A stretch of DNA of 58,275 bases from a virus (lineage: Duplodnaviria > Caudoviricetes), in the IMG/VR virus record IMGVR_UViG_3300042328_000969, positions 1 through 58,275 of that record; one strand, 5' to 3'. The notes below the pieces were generated by a model. It worked only from the letters and a program-made list of their open reading frames with translations, was not told where the DNA came from and searched no databases. The position numbers and the translations under genes were made by a program. Positions 30,793-39,693 of the stretch are shown here, piece after piece. Within the stretch, counting starts at the first letter, position 1. Every line of letters begins with the position of its first letter.

Positions 30793-31803
30793 CTATAGTC
30801 CCGCGTTAGCATTTAAGCCGGCATTAGCATCGAGTGTATTGCGTAGAGTCGGTACACTGTTTAGATTAGCAATACGCTGCTCGCGTTGCGCTTGTTGGTA
30901 TTCATACTGTTTTTGCTGATTAGCGCTTGCTTGATTGGCTTGCATCATCTTTGCCCCTCCTGTTAACGCGCTAAAGCCTGTGATAACATAATCTTTTTCA
31001 GTCATGCTACCTAGTAGCTTATCTATGAATCCGCCACTAGATGCCGCTGCCGTGCCTGCCAAATTGCTTGCCGAGCTTGCACCGATTGCATTTAAAGCAT
31101 TGCCGCCTGCTGCATTTAAGCCACTTCCTACTTGCCCCATCAATCCTGTACCACCTTGCCCTGCCATGGTTATCGATTGCGGAGTAACTGCCGATAGGCT
31201 ATTGGATGCCGCGCCACTTAGTCCCATTGTAGTTTGATTAGTTAAAGGCGCTGCGTTAACTAATCCTTGGGGAGTAACTGCCGCTAAGTTACTTGCCGCT
31301 GTGCCTGCTTGCCCTAATGCTACTGAAGTTTGAGCGGCTGCGCTTGCCGCATTAGCTGCATTAGCTGATTGGATACCTGCCGTGCCCATAGCAAACTCAC
31401 CACCGGCAGCAAGCGAAGCCACTGCACCGGAGGCAAGAGAAGCAACGCCACCTGCTAAACCTACAATTGCGCCTATTTTCATCAAACCTTTATCGCCTGT
31501 CACCATGCCGACTACCGACATTGCTGTACCAGCCACTGCTGCGATTGTGCCAATTGCCCCGACGGTAGCTAAAGCCGCTGTACCGATTGCACCCATTGAA
31601 GCCATCACGCCACCTGCTGCAATAGCTGTCCCTGCTGCTGCAAAGGCTGTGCCTGCTGCCGCGATAGCTGGAGCGATAAAGAAAGGCATTTCCTTTTGTT
31701 TAAAAGGTGGTTTGTGTGGATTGCCGATTGGCATACCCATTTGATCCATTTGCCGACGAGAAAATGATTCTCCCGCCACAAAGTTTATTTGTCTGATTGT
31801 CAT
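30793..31803 (-). CDS. Putative DNA pilot/ejection protein (Ala/Gly-rich, hydrophobic)
   Basis: Long Ala/Gly hydrophobic helices and a Gln-rich C-terminus; start uncertain (31803 or 31851). Confidence 0.6.
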   Translation of the reverse strand: MTIRQINFVAGESFSRRQMDQMGMPIGNPHKPPFKQKEMPFFIAPAIAAAGTAFAAAGTAIAAGGVMASMGAIGTAALATVGAIGTIAAVAGTAMSVVGMVTGDKGLMKIGAIVGLAGGVASLASGAVASLAAGGEFAMGTAGIQSANAANAASAAAQTSVALGQAGTAASNLAAVTPQGLVNAAPLTNQTTMGLSGAASNSLSAVTPQSITMAGQGGTGLMGQVGSGLNAAGGNALNAIGASSASNLAGTAAASSGGFIDKLLGSMTEKDYVITGFSALTGGAKMMQANQASANQQKQYEYQQAQREQRIANLNSVPTLRNTLDANAGLNANAGL

Positions 31804-31897
31804 AACGTCCTCACGACGATGAAGTGATAAGATTTTGCGCGATTGTATCATATCAATACTATAATAGAACTAGTCACATAAAAAGGAGGTGATGAGC

Positions 31898-31948
31898 ATG
31901 GCTATGAAAAAGAAAGGCGGTAAAGGCGGAGGCGGTAAAAAATGCTAA
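31898..31948 (+). CDS. 16-aa basic peptide MAMKKKGGKGGGGKKC
   Basis: Perfect AAGGAGGT SD 7 nt upstream, TATAAT at 31860-31865, and a terminator downstream. Confidence 0.6.
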   Translation: MAMKKKGGKGGGGKKC

Positions 31949-31991
31949 GTTAAATTAGCAGGTAAAATATTTTATTTGTTTTAAGTTAGAG

Positions 31992-32027
31992 AAGCCTCAC
32001 AGGTTTTAAATCCTGTGAGGCTTTTTT
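31992..32027. terminator. Intrinsic terminator between the converging peptide gene and rha
   Basis: 12-bp stem AAGCCTCACAGG/CCTGTGAGGCTT plus a T-run. Confidence 0.8.
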
Positions 32028-32034
32028 GTGCCTG

Positions 32035-32685
32035 CTAGTTTAGTTTAAGGAGTGGTTGCAGTTCGCTGACTCTGTCTTTACATAGTAGGTAGATGTCATC
32101 ATAGGGGAGTTGTTCCCGCAAACCGTCACCGATAGCAATGCGTATGGATGTTTCGATCATTTGCAGTACACACAGTTGGCGTGTGTCTAGTGTGTCACGT
32201 TGACCTTTATCTATACCAATAACTTTATTTGTCATGATAGTGATATTGGGATAATAGAACTGAGCGTTTTTAGAGCCGTTAGCCGTCGCGTATTCTACCA
32301 GTTCCTTGATTGCGTCTGTTTCATCTCTGCGTACCTGCTTACCAGATAACCGTGCCATATCCCTATTGGCGATTTGCTTTCTAGCATCTCGGAAGGCTTT
32401 TACCAGTTTTAATTTCAGCGCTACCACGTGGGGATTGTTTCGCATTAAGGTTAAGACAAAATAGCATTGATCCTCTGTGAGTAGTGCAAAGCGAATAGTT
32501 TTAGAGAATCCACCTTGGGGGAGAGCTTTACCCTTTTCCGTTTGAAACGGAAGTTGGTTAAGAGTTTCCAGTTGCTCTTTATACTTATCGATGTTTTCTA
32601 AAATAGTTCGATGACGATGATCTAATTGACCGGCAAGAAGTCGAGAGTCGATGCGTAGTTCTTTTTTGATTTGGATGATATCCAT
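32035..32685 (-). CDS. rha: Rha-family phage regulatory protein
   Basis: IDSRLLA...HRTIL..I...LLTEDQCYFVLTLMRN...LKLKLVKAF. Confidence 0.85.
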   Translation of the reverse strand: MDIIQIKKELRIDSRLLAGQLDHRHRTILENIDKYKEQLETLNQLPFQTEKGKALPQGGFSKTIRFALLTEDQCYFVLTLMRNNPHVVALKLKLVKAFRDARKQIANRDMARLSGKQVRRDETDAIKELVEYATANGSKNAQFYYPNITIMTNKVIGIDKGQRDTLDTRQLCVLQMIETSIRIAIGDGLREQLPYDDIYLLCKDRVSELQPLLKLN

Positions 32686-32842
32686 TTTGAAAATCCTCTT
32701 ATTAGCTATGCCAAAATTGGCAATTGAATTTTAGCAGGTAATTATTAACAGGCAATACCTTTAAGGCTTTTTTGTGCCTGCTGATTTGTGCCGCAATTGA
32801 TGCTAGGAATGAAGGCTGTCGGCAATGATTGCGGAGGAGCTG

Positions 32843-32861
32843 AATGAGAATGATTATCATT
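32843..32861. promoter_or_regulatory. Fur-box-like operator
   Basis: AATGAGAAT-G-ATTATCATT, one mismatch from the AATGATAAT-N-ATTATCATT palindrome. Confidence 0.6.
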
Positions 32862-33047
32862 TGCAATTGGTTTTCTTCAATTAAATCAACATTTTAGCAA
32901 AATAGGCTATTAATTTTACGCTAAACAATATTAATAAAGTTAATTATCTAAAATAATAAAGTTGATTAATTAAATTAGATGAAATATTCTATAGTCCAGC
33001 CCAGAGCTGAGCGCCTTACACTTTTTAACCAAACCGGAGATAAGACC

Positions 33048-33365
33048 ATGAGCAACACATTTTTCATTAGCGACAAACAAACATTTAACCAATTAGCGCC
33101 CACCGACAAATGGGAAATTGTGCAAGAGCTTGCGCAAGCAATCATTGACGACCAACTTGTTTCAATTAGAGGTGAGATGATTGAAGAAATGGACGGGGAC
33201 TTTTACCCTGTTTTATATGGCGTTTACCGTCTTAAATTTGGCGAATTCTGTAATTACAGAGATGCAGGTGGTATCTGGGACTATGAAAAGCCTGTATCTT
33301 TTTTGAATACTTTTACTGCTAATTTAAAAGAGATAGAGGAACTATCTAACGCGGTAAACAAATAG
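33048..33365 (+). CDS. Early hypothetical protein
   Basis: ACCGGAGA RBS before ATG 33048. Confidence 0.7.
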   Translation: MSNTFFISDKQTFNQLAPTDKWEIVQELAQAIIDDQLVSIRGEMIEEMDGDFYPVLYGVYRLKFGEFCNYRDAGGIWDYEKPVSFLNTFTANLKEIEELSNAVNK

Positions 33366-33431
33366 TTCAGCGTGTAACGCCTTATTTTTAAGGCGTTATG
33401 CAGTGCGCTATTACACTAACCAAACCGGAGA
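33361..33431 (+). repeat. Early intergenic double-hairpin element, copy 1 (copy 2 at 34698-34771)
   Basis: About 70-nt imperfect direct repeat with a compensatory base-pair change. Confidence 0.85.
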
Positions 33432-33437
33432 ATAAAA

Positions 33438-34043
33438 ATGAGCTTTAAATTACACATGACGATGGGAACTGCAAAAATGCAGGATATCCCTTCTTTCAAC
33501 ACTCCTGCCTCTAGCAATCCTTTCTGCATCAAAATGAATGGATCAGCAGACAAAACAGTGGTATGTACTAGATGTTATTCGATTACTACAGAAAAGCGTT
33601 ATCCGACGTTAGTAAAAGCATTAGAACGCAATGCCGATCTGTACAAAAGAATTTTGCTCGATACCGAGTTACCGCGTTTAAATTTTGCTATTGCTCGTTT
33701 TGACAGTTTTGGCGAAGTACATAATGAAATTCATGTACTTAACTATTTTAATCTTGCGCGTAAAAACCCCGAAACCGTTTTTGGGTTCTGGACTAAGCGC
33801 AAAGATTTAATAAAAGTAGTGCTATCAATGGTTAGCAAACCGGCTAACGTCGTTTTGATTCATAGCAGCACAAAGATGAACAAAATCGACAAACTACCTG
33901 CCGGTTACGACAAAGTATTCACGGCACATAAAAAATCAGAGTTAAGCGCTAACGTCGATATCAATTGCAGTCAAAAATGCAATGATTGCAGATTGTGCTA
34001 TAGCCACAACGACACAATTTTTATTAACGAAATTGCTAAATAA
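33438..34043 (+). CDS. Gp88-like Cys-rich protein
   Basis: C...CTRCY, RFDSFGE, FWTKR, C-terminal CSQKCNDCRLC. Confidence 0.7.
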   Translation: MSFKLHMTMGTAKMQDIPSFNTPASSNPFCIKMNGSADKTVVCTRCYSITTEKRYPTLVKALERNADLYKRILLDTELPRLNFAIARFDSFGEVHNEIHVLNYFNLARKNPETVFGFWTKRKDLIKVVLSMVSKPANVVLIHSSTKMNKIDKLPAGYDKVFTAHKKSELSANVDINCSQKCNDCRLCYSHNDTIFINEIAK

Positions 34044-34056
34044 CTGGAGATATAAA

Positions 34057-34287
34057 ATGAAACTCAATAAAACTTATCAATCTACACTTGCGGCACGTCG
34101 TCAAACAACACTGATACATTCATCTTGGAGCGTATTTTACAAAGGAGAGTATATCTGTGGCGCTGTTTATAACGGAGAGTCTATCATGTCTGTTTGCTTG
34201 CCTTGCGGCTTAGTAGTATTAACCAAATCAAAAGACATTGCTAAAAAAGCAATCAGAGAATATCAAGCAGGGAGATTAGAAGCATGA
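34057..34287 (+). CDS. Early hypothetical protein
   Basis: ACTGGAGA RBS, ATG 34057. Confidence 0.6.
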   Translation: MKLNKTYQSTLAARRQTTLIHSSWSVFYKGEYICGAVYNGESIMSVCLPCGLVVLTKSKDIAKKAIREYQAGRLEA

Positions 34288-34526
34288 AAATGAAACAGGC
34301 ACATTATCAAATGATGAAGGATGCTATCGCAGCATTGCCGCGCGATCAAATGTTAGCATTCCGAGCGTGTGATCTTGGAAAGAATAAAGAAAAGTTTTTT
34401 ATATGGGGATTGTTCAAAGCGGCAAAACTACACTTTACCGCTACCGATTTTCTTTATCAGTACCTTGATGACAATCACATTGAAACAGCGCTTAAACGCA
34501 TTGCTAAAGAACTAGACTACATTTAA
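34284..34526 (+). CDS. Early hypothetical protein
   Basis: ATGA overlap; LYQYLDDNHIETALKRI motif recurrent in phage early proteins. Confidence 0.65.
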   Translation: MKMKQAHYQMMKDAIAALPRDQMLAFRACDLGKNKEKFFIWGLFKAAKLHFTATDFLYQYLDDNHIETALKRIAKELDYI

Positions 34527-34540
34527 CCGGAGATATAGAA

Positions 34541-34702
34541 ATGATTACTTATTTACTTGATAACGATACCGTCGTTCGTAGTGAAAACCGCAAAGATATA
34601 GGCGATATGATCCACGCGCAAATCTATGATTCTAACAGCGCATTAATCGACGTTAGCGGGCGTGTAGTTGACGTGCTGGAAGATTACAGCGACTGGGAAT
34701 AG
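34541..34702 (+). CDS. Early small protein (53 aa; not in ORF track)
   Basis: ACCGGAGA RBS; MITYLLDND...DYSDWE. Confidence 0.6.
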   Translation: MITYLLDNDTVVRSENRKDIGDMIHAQIYDSNSALIDVSGRVVDVLEDYSDWE

Positions 34703-34771
34703 TTCAGCGTGTAGCGCCTTAATTTAGGGCGCTATGCAGTGCGCTATTGCACTAATTAACTTAACCGGAGA
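34698..34771 (+). repeat. Early intergenic double-hairpin element, copy 2
   Basis: Matches 33361-33431. Confidence 0.85.
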
Positions 34772-34777
34772 TATAAC

Positions 34778-34873
34778 ATGAATACATTTTATGACGTAGT
34801 AGTTGGATCAATCCTTACAACAATTTTTACTGTTGTGTTTGTTGCAGAGCTGATTGTGTTGTGGGGAGAATAA
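34778..34873 (+). CDS. Early 31-aa membrane peptide (not in ORF track)
   Basis: ACCGGAGA RBS; MNTFYDVVVGSILTTIFTVVFVAELIVLWGE, a single hydrophobic helix. Confidence 0.6.
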   Translation: MNTFYDVVVGSILTTIFTVVFVAELIVLWGE

Positions 34874-34875
34874 GC

Positions 34876-35118
34876 ATGTCATTATTCAAACTTGATATTA
34901 ATCATGAATTTTCAGCTAAATGCCGCACCTGTTTTCCTAACTTGCGCTACCGGATGACTTTATCGATTGGTCAATGGGGTAAGGTTTATGGTTCAAAAAC
35001 TGATTACTTTACGGTAGATGGTAAAAAGATAGGTTTTAAAATTGTGCGCCATTATGACCGCAAAGGGTTGCCAATTTATAACGACAAACAACGCATTTAT
35101 ATTTACACCGGAGAATAA
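34876..35118 (+). CDS. Early hypothetical protein
   Basis: GGAGA RBS, ATG 34876. Confidence 0.6.
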   Translation: MSLFKLDINHEFSAKCRTCFPNLRYRMTLSIGQWGKVYGSKTDYFTVDGKKIGFKIVRHYDRKGLPIYNDKQRIYIYTGE

Positions 35119-35121
35119 GCC

Positions 35122-35358
35122 ATGATTAGTCACGCTGATTTTATGAAACAAACATACCCTGCCACCATTCCGCAATATTTTGTAAATGGTATTTACCATC
35201 AGCAATTATCGCTTGATATTGCTCGTATGGAGTACCTTAAAATTTATTTGTGGGCAACTTACACGCCATCTACTGAAAAACCGACACGCAATCCCATGAC
35301 TTACACTGAAGTAGAAATTGCAGAAATGTTTAGAATCTTTGAAGAAACTGGAGAATAA
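35122..35358 (+). CDS. Early hypothetical protein
   Basis: ACCGGAGA RBS. Confidence 0.6.
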   Translation: MISHADFMKQTYPATIPQYFVNGIYHQQLSLDIARMEYLKIYLWATYTPSTEKPTRNPMTYTEVEIAEMFRIFEETGE

Positions 35359-35360
35359 AA

Positions 35361-35522
35361 ATGATGATGACATATAAAGAGTACATTCAATCACTACCGA
35401 GTGATTATCTTCAGATGCTTTACGATGAAGACGTTCACTTGTTCCAAGCATACAAAGAATATGTTACCGCATGGAAATCACTCGAAGCAGAGTACGGGGA
35501 GATTAAAAATGCTGTTCACTAA
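35361..35522 (+). CDS. Early small protein (53 aa; not in ORF track)
   Basis: ACTGGAGA RBS; MMMTYKEYIQSLP...NAVH. Confidence 0.55.
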   Translation: MMMTYKEYIQSLPSDYLQMLYDEDVHLFQAYKEYVTAWKSLEAEYGEIKNAVH

Positions 35523-35916
35523 AAAGGCAATGAAAGTAAAAGTACCCAAGGCGCTAAAAGTTTCACGCGGTAGACCTAAGATTGATCCGCGCAAAAAATC
35601 AAGACATTATCAATTATCAATACAGGGAGATTTGATTGATTTTCTTGAAAGCGCTGGACTCAAATCAAAATCGGCTTTTGTGAGTTTAGCAATTCGCACA
35701 ATGATGGAGTTCAAAAAATACCGTTCACTGCCTTATGATAAATGCCTTGATTGTGGGTGCGATATGACAGCGCCACTTAACCCCATGGATGGTGCAAAAA
35801 CATACGTTGATGAGGATGGTAAAGTTTTGGATGTTTTTGTTCAATGCGAAGGTTGCGGTGGTCGTGCTGGACATAGGCAATATGATCCACGAAACCATGG
35901 ACTAGAATCAGAATAA
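35509..35916 (+). CDS. Putative DNA-binding protein (GRP hook, RHH-like segment, CxxC...CxxC zinc finger)
   Basis: SRGRPK, YQLSI...SKSAFVSLAI, CLDC and CEGC. Confidence 0.6.
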   Translation: MLFTKKAMKVKVPKALKVSRGRPKIDPRKKSRHYQLSIQGDLIDFLESAGLKSKSAFVSLAIRTMMEFKKYRSLPYDKCLDCGCDMTAPLNPMDGAKTYVDEDGKVLDVFVQCEGCGGRAGHRQYDPRNHGLESE

Positions 35917-35922
35917 AATATT

Positions 35923-35946
35923 AGCCGGTTAATTACCGGCTTTTTT
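35923..35946 (+). terminator. Intrinsic terminator ending the early operon
   Basis: AGCCGGT/ACCGGCT stem plus T7. Confidence 0.8.
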
Positions 35947-35949
35947 GTC

Positions 35950-36201
35950 TGCGACAAAGCGACACAGTGGACATAGTTTTTTCTATTTATATATTTTTTA
36001 TAAATCAATTCATTTTACCTATATTTTTATTAAATATTTCTCATAACCATTATTACTAAAACTATGTCTACTATGTCGCAGAGAGTATAGGAATATAGAG
36101 TTTATAAGGGTTTGAAGGTGCGACATAGTAATTTTTAAACTCTGTCGCAAATACATAGTTACTTTGTCGCAAAGAAAATTTAGCATTTTTTCTCTGCGAC
36201 A
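35950..36201. other. Candidate replication origin (iterons + AT-rich tract)
   Basis: Six TGCGACA/TGTCGCA and five ACATAGT/ACTATGT copies around an AT-rich stretch, adjacent to the primase-helicase. Confidence 0.6.
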
Positions 36202-36212
36202 CAGTTTAAATT

Positions 36213-38729
36213 TTAAATTCCGTAATGATCCTTAACTTTCTTGATAACTTCATTCTCGTCTAACGTGCTTCTACGCCAAATCGTGTGTTTTTTCCGCCCT
36301 CCATCGCTTGTCGGTACATCGATTCTCTTGTGAACTTTCTCGTAGCCAATTTGTAAAAGTATTCGAGTCAATGCCGACGTTTTCGGGAGCTTTAAAACTG
36401 AAGGTTCAAACTCCTCAAAATTAAGTTTACCGAGTAGCGTAATATCGACTATGTTTTCGTTAATAACCTCACAGTGGTAATGTGCGATCAAATCTTTCAC
36501 TTCTTCAAATTCATGTGACACAGAATAGCCTATCATCTTTTCACGCGACAAGGTTTTAGGCGCTCGACCTTTCGCTGAAAAGTCTGGACTTATCACCCGA
36601 TTCATAAAGTAATGGCAAAGTGCATCCATCCGTCGATCAGTTTCTAAAAACAGTTTCTCAAAATACCGGTTAGTTTCCTGCTCACCACCAAGCAGTGCAA
36701 ACAAATGTTCCTCCGACTGACAGCGACTATACATAACGCAGTAACGACGATCCCCATTGGTAATCGGCAGCGCATCTTGGTAATTAGTCAAAAGAAAATA
36801 CGACGTGAAATTCGGAACAGTCCGAGAGTTAGAAAACTTTTCTTCAATCTGTATCGTTTCGTTTGTAATATATGGCTTCATCGTATCGATAATCGACCAG
36901 CGGTTATCGCCCGATAGCCGAATCTCCTCGACAATATTCAACACCGACCCATACGCCCAACCGCTAAACGTTCCTTTCGTGAATTGCTTCGGATCGAGTT
37001 GCGTGGCATTACTCCCAAGTATCCCCTGCAATATCTTTGTAAAGTATGTTTTACCGCCACCTTGAGTCCCCTGCAAAAGGACTGCCCAGTTCACTTTACT
37101 GCCAATGTTTTGCACAACGTGACACATCCAGTCCAGCAATATCACCCGCTCTTTTGGCTCAACCAGCGTAAATTCCAAGTGCTTGAGCATCATATCCACA
37201 ACACGCAACCCATCGTCGTCCATCACTTCACATGGCAACACACCGCGTTTCTTATACGAGTTTACATATCGCAGTCCATCGTTATCATTAACGAAAATTC
37301 CATCGTTCTTACTCGCCCAATACATGGTATCGATGACTGTATCCATTTTCCAATCAACCAGCGCCATCGACGATGCTGATCTTTCCGCTGCGACGCACTC
37401 ATCCATGCGATCAAACTCCGCGTTGAACGCTTCGCGCTTGATAGAGTAGCCGTGCTTTAAGTTATGAAACTCCATTGGGCGCTGCACATAAACCCAGTTA
37501 CGCAACCAAGACGGCATCTCCTCAACAACCAAGCCACCTTTCTTTGGTGGGCAAAGCTCACGAACAATAGCCGACTTCGTCATCCCCTCACCTTTACCCC
37601 ACCGGTCATAAATGTCCTGTGCGATTTGCTGACGCTTGGTAAGTGTCACCGCGCTGAGTGGTAATTTACGCAACTTATTGCGCACATCCTCATATGCCCT
37701 GTCATTATCAACCGACAGACCTTCCGACCCAGTGACAAAGATTTCTTTCACCTGCTTCTCGACAATCTCCCCAACACTTACTCCGCTGTCCTTGACCATC
37801 TTAATCACTGTGGCAAACGTCAACGGGCGCACTTTCTTTTCCGTCTTGAATGATTGCCATTTCTTATCAATATCTGCCGCGTTGAACTTATCCGAGTTAG
37901 CAGACCAGTGAAGCCAAAGAAGTTTACCCTCATCCGATCCTCTATATTGATGATGCAATGCCTGCCCGACGGTAATCCACGTCGAGTAATCACCTGCCGA
38001 TTCAACCAGTGCATCGAGATTAGCTTCGACCAGCGCATCGCTGACATCAATTGGCTCATGCGCGAGTGCAAGCGATAGTCCCTGCATATCGTCTGCGTCA
38101 TCATCCGTATCATCTACATCGAATTCAACTGTCAAGTATTCCTTGACAGTTCCCTGCACCAGCTTTTCAACAGGAAAGGCAAGCGCTACCTCTACATCAA
38201 CCTCACTGCCTTCCATCACCATCACAAAAGACGACTCAATCGACTCAGCACTAACACTCGGCATATACATAAACTGAGCAGGCTTAAATGCACTGTCATC
38301 AATAATAAAACTGCTAAACTCCGACGCGAACCAGCGCATCACGGCAACGTATTCCTCCGCGCTGACCTCCCGTGACAATGGCAACACTATACGAAAGCGA
38401 TTAGCGTCATCTGTACTACGCCATGTTGAGTACGCAACCAGCGCAAAGCCTGTCATCTCCAGCTCAAACTCAATCTCTCCTTTAGTCATTGCGCATTCAT
38501 CAACGTCAATGGTCAAAAGCGAACGCCCAAGCAGGTTCTCCGTGTTGCGATGACCACCACTGAACCCACCGCCACAGAACCAGCCTTCCTGCTCTTTGGT
38601 CTTTGCAACTTTGTGCTTACCAAGTACCGTGCAAATTCGCTCCCAACTCACTTCTACATTGCGACAGACAGCACTGTTCTTATCCCCGCGACTTATGCGG
38701 TACGTTTTAGTAGACTCCACCATAAACAA
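36213..38729 (-). CDS. Primase-helicase (primase domain + PriCT-2-like + SF3/DUF5906-like helicase)
   Basis: LTIDVD, YSTWRS...RFRIVLPL; YSTWITVGQALH...WS; Walker A GTQGGGKT. Confidence 0.9.
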   Translation of the reverse strand: MFMVESTKTYRISRGDKNSAVCRNVEVSWERICTVLGKHKVAKTKEQEGWFCGGGFSGGHRNTENLLGRSLLTIDVDECAMTKGEIEFELEMTGFALVAYSTWRSTDDANRFRIVLPLSREVSAEEYVAVMRWFASEFSSFIIDDSAFKPAQFMYMPSVSAESIESSFVMVMEGSEVDVEVALAFPVEKLVQGTVKEYLTVEFDVDDTDDDADDMQGLSLALAHEPIDVSDALVEANLDALVESAGDYSTWITVGQALHHQYRGSDEGKLLWLHWSANSDKFNAADIDKKWQSFKTEKKVRPLTFATVIKMVKDSGVSVGEIVEKQVKEIFVTGSEGLSVDNDRAYEDVRNKLRKLPLSAVTLTKRQQIAQDIYDRWGKGEGMTKSAIVRELCPPKKGGLVVEEMPSWLRNWVYVQRPMEFHNLKHGYSIKREAFNAEFDRMDECVAAERSASSMALVDWKMDTVIDTMYWASKNDGIFVNDNDGLRYVNSYKKRGVLPCEVMDDDGLRVVDMMLKHLEFTLVEPKERVILLDWMCHVVQNIGSKVNWAVLLQGTQGGGKTYFTKILQGILGSNATQLDPKQFTKGTFSGWAYGSVLNIVEEIRLSGDNRWSIIDTMKPYITNETIQIEEKFSNSRTVPNFTSYFLLTNYQDALPITNGDRRYCVMYSRCQSEEHLFALLGGEQETNRYFEKLFLETDRRMDALCHYFMNRVISPDFSAKGRAPKTLSREKMIGYSVSHEFEEVKDLIAHYHCEVINENIVDITLLGKLNFEEFEPSVLKLPKTSALTRILLQIGYEKVHKRIDVPTSDGGRKKHTIWRRSTLDENEVIKKVKDHYGI

Positions 38730-38735
38730 TCCTCG

Positions 38736-38954
38736 TTATCTTTTAATTATTGGTAAATCAACCGCCTTAATTGCCCCATCGGTTAATTGCTCAACCTGTA
38801 TCGCCCTGTTTGCCGGTATCTTTCCTTCAGTTACCCAATACGACACCGCTGCTTTAGTCACACCCAACTTCTTTGCTAACACAACCTGCTCACCACCAAA
38901 CCACTGCACCACATCATCAACGGTCACACCGTCATAAAATTCTTCATTTTCCAT
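38736..38954 (-). CDS. Cro-like HTH regulator
   Basis: FGGEQVVLAKKLGVTKAAVSYWV..GKIP; likely start ATG 38954. Confidence 0.85.
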   Translation of the reverse strand: MENEEFYDGVTVDDVVQWFGGEQVVLAKKLGVTKAAVSYWVTEGKIPANRAIQVEQLTDGAIKAVDLPIIKR

Positions 38955-39018
38955 TTGCATCTCTTTGTGAGTTAAGTTAAGATTGACTCTCATTTTACAA
39001 CAACAGAGGAAAAACACA

Positions 39019-39693
39019 ATGAATGATTTAACAATACTCACAAACACTCAACTTGGTGAATTCATTTCACTCTCATTAATACATGGCACAAACACCCAGT
39101 TTAGCTATGAGTTATTGCATGAAGTGGCAGAGCGCTTAGTGCAAACGGATGAAATTATCAAATCTGGAATCAGTCACGGCATTCACGAAACGCTAACTAA
39201 GCAATCAACTGCATTCAAATTCAGACTTGAGGATGTTGTCAAAACGCTTGATGAAACGTTAGCGCCTGCAATTATTGAGGATAATAAAGAAACTGTTGAA
39301 AGCATCACTGATATTGAGCATCACGAAGCAATGAACAAAGCGATGAAAGTGGATAGGGATGAAGGCAGAGCAGGATCATCTAGCGCTAAGAAAACAGTTA
39401 TTGAACAATTAGCCGATCAAATAAAACCTAAAGCAGTAAAGAAAAAAGAAAAGCCTGTAGAAGTAGAAGTGGAAGAACTCGCTGAAGAACCTGTTGAAGA
39501 AGTAAAAGAACCCGAACTTCTCATAACATCTAAACTATTAAAAGAAATAGCGCTTGAACTGCGTCAACGTAAAGCCATTTCAAAAGAGCAAATTGTGGAT
39601 AAGTTAACTGAACTAGGTGCGTCTAGCACAATGACTCTTGCGCCTAAACACTATGTTGAATTTTATAACTTCTTGGAGAGCTTCAATGTCTAA
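39019..39693 (+). CDS. Hypothetical protein (replication cluster)
   Basis: GAGG RBS before ATG 39019. Confidence 0.65.
   Translation: MNDLTILTNTQLGEFISLSLIHGTNTQFSYELLHEVAERLVQTDEIIKSGISHGIHETLTKQSTAFKFRLEDVVKTLDETLAPAIIEDNKETVESITDIEHHEAMNKAMKVDRDEGRAGSSSAKKTVIEQLADQIKPKAVKKKEKPVEVEVEELAEEPVEEVKEPELLITSKLLKEIALELRQRKAISKEQIVDKLTELGASSTMTLAPKHYVEFYNFLESFNV

Noticed and set aside
32035-39047. Integrated prophage / lysogeny module
   Set aside because: Cro-like and Rha genes are present, but no integrase, CI-type repressor, att site or host flanks were seen.
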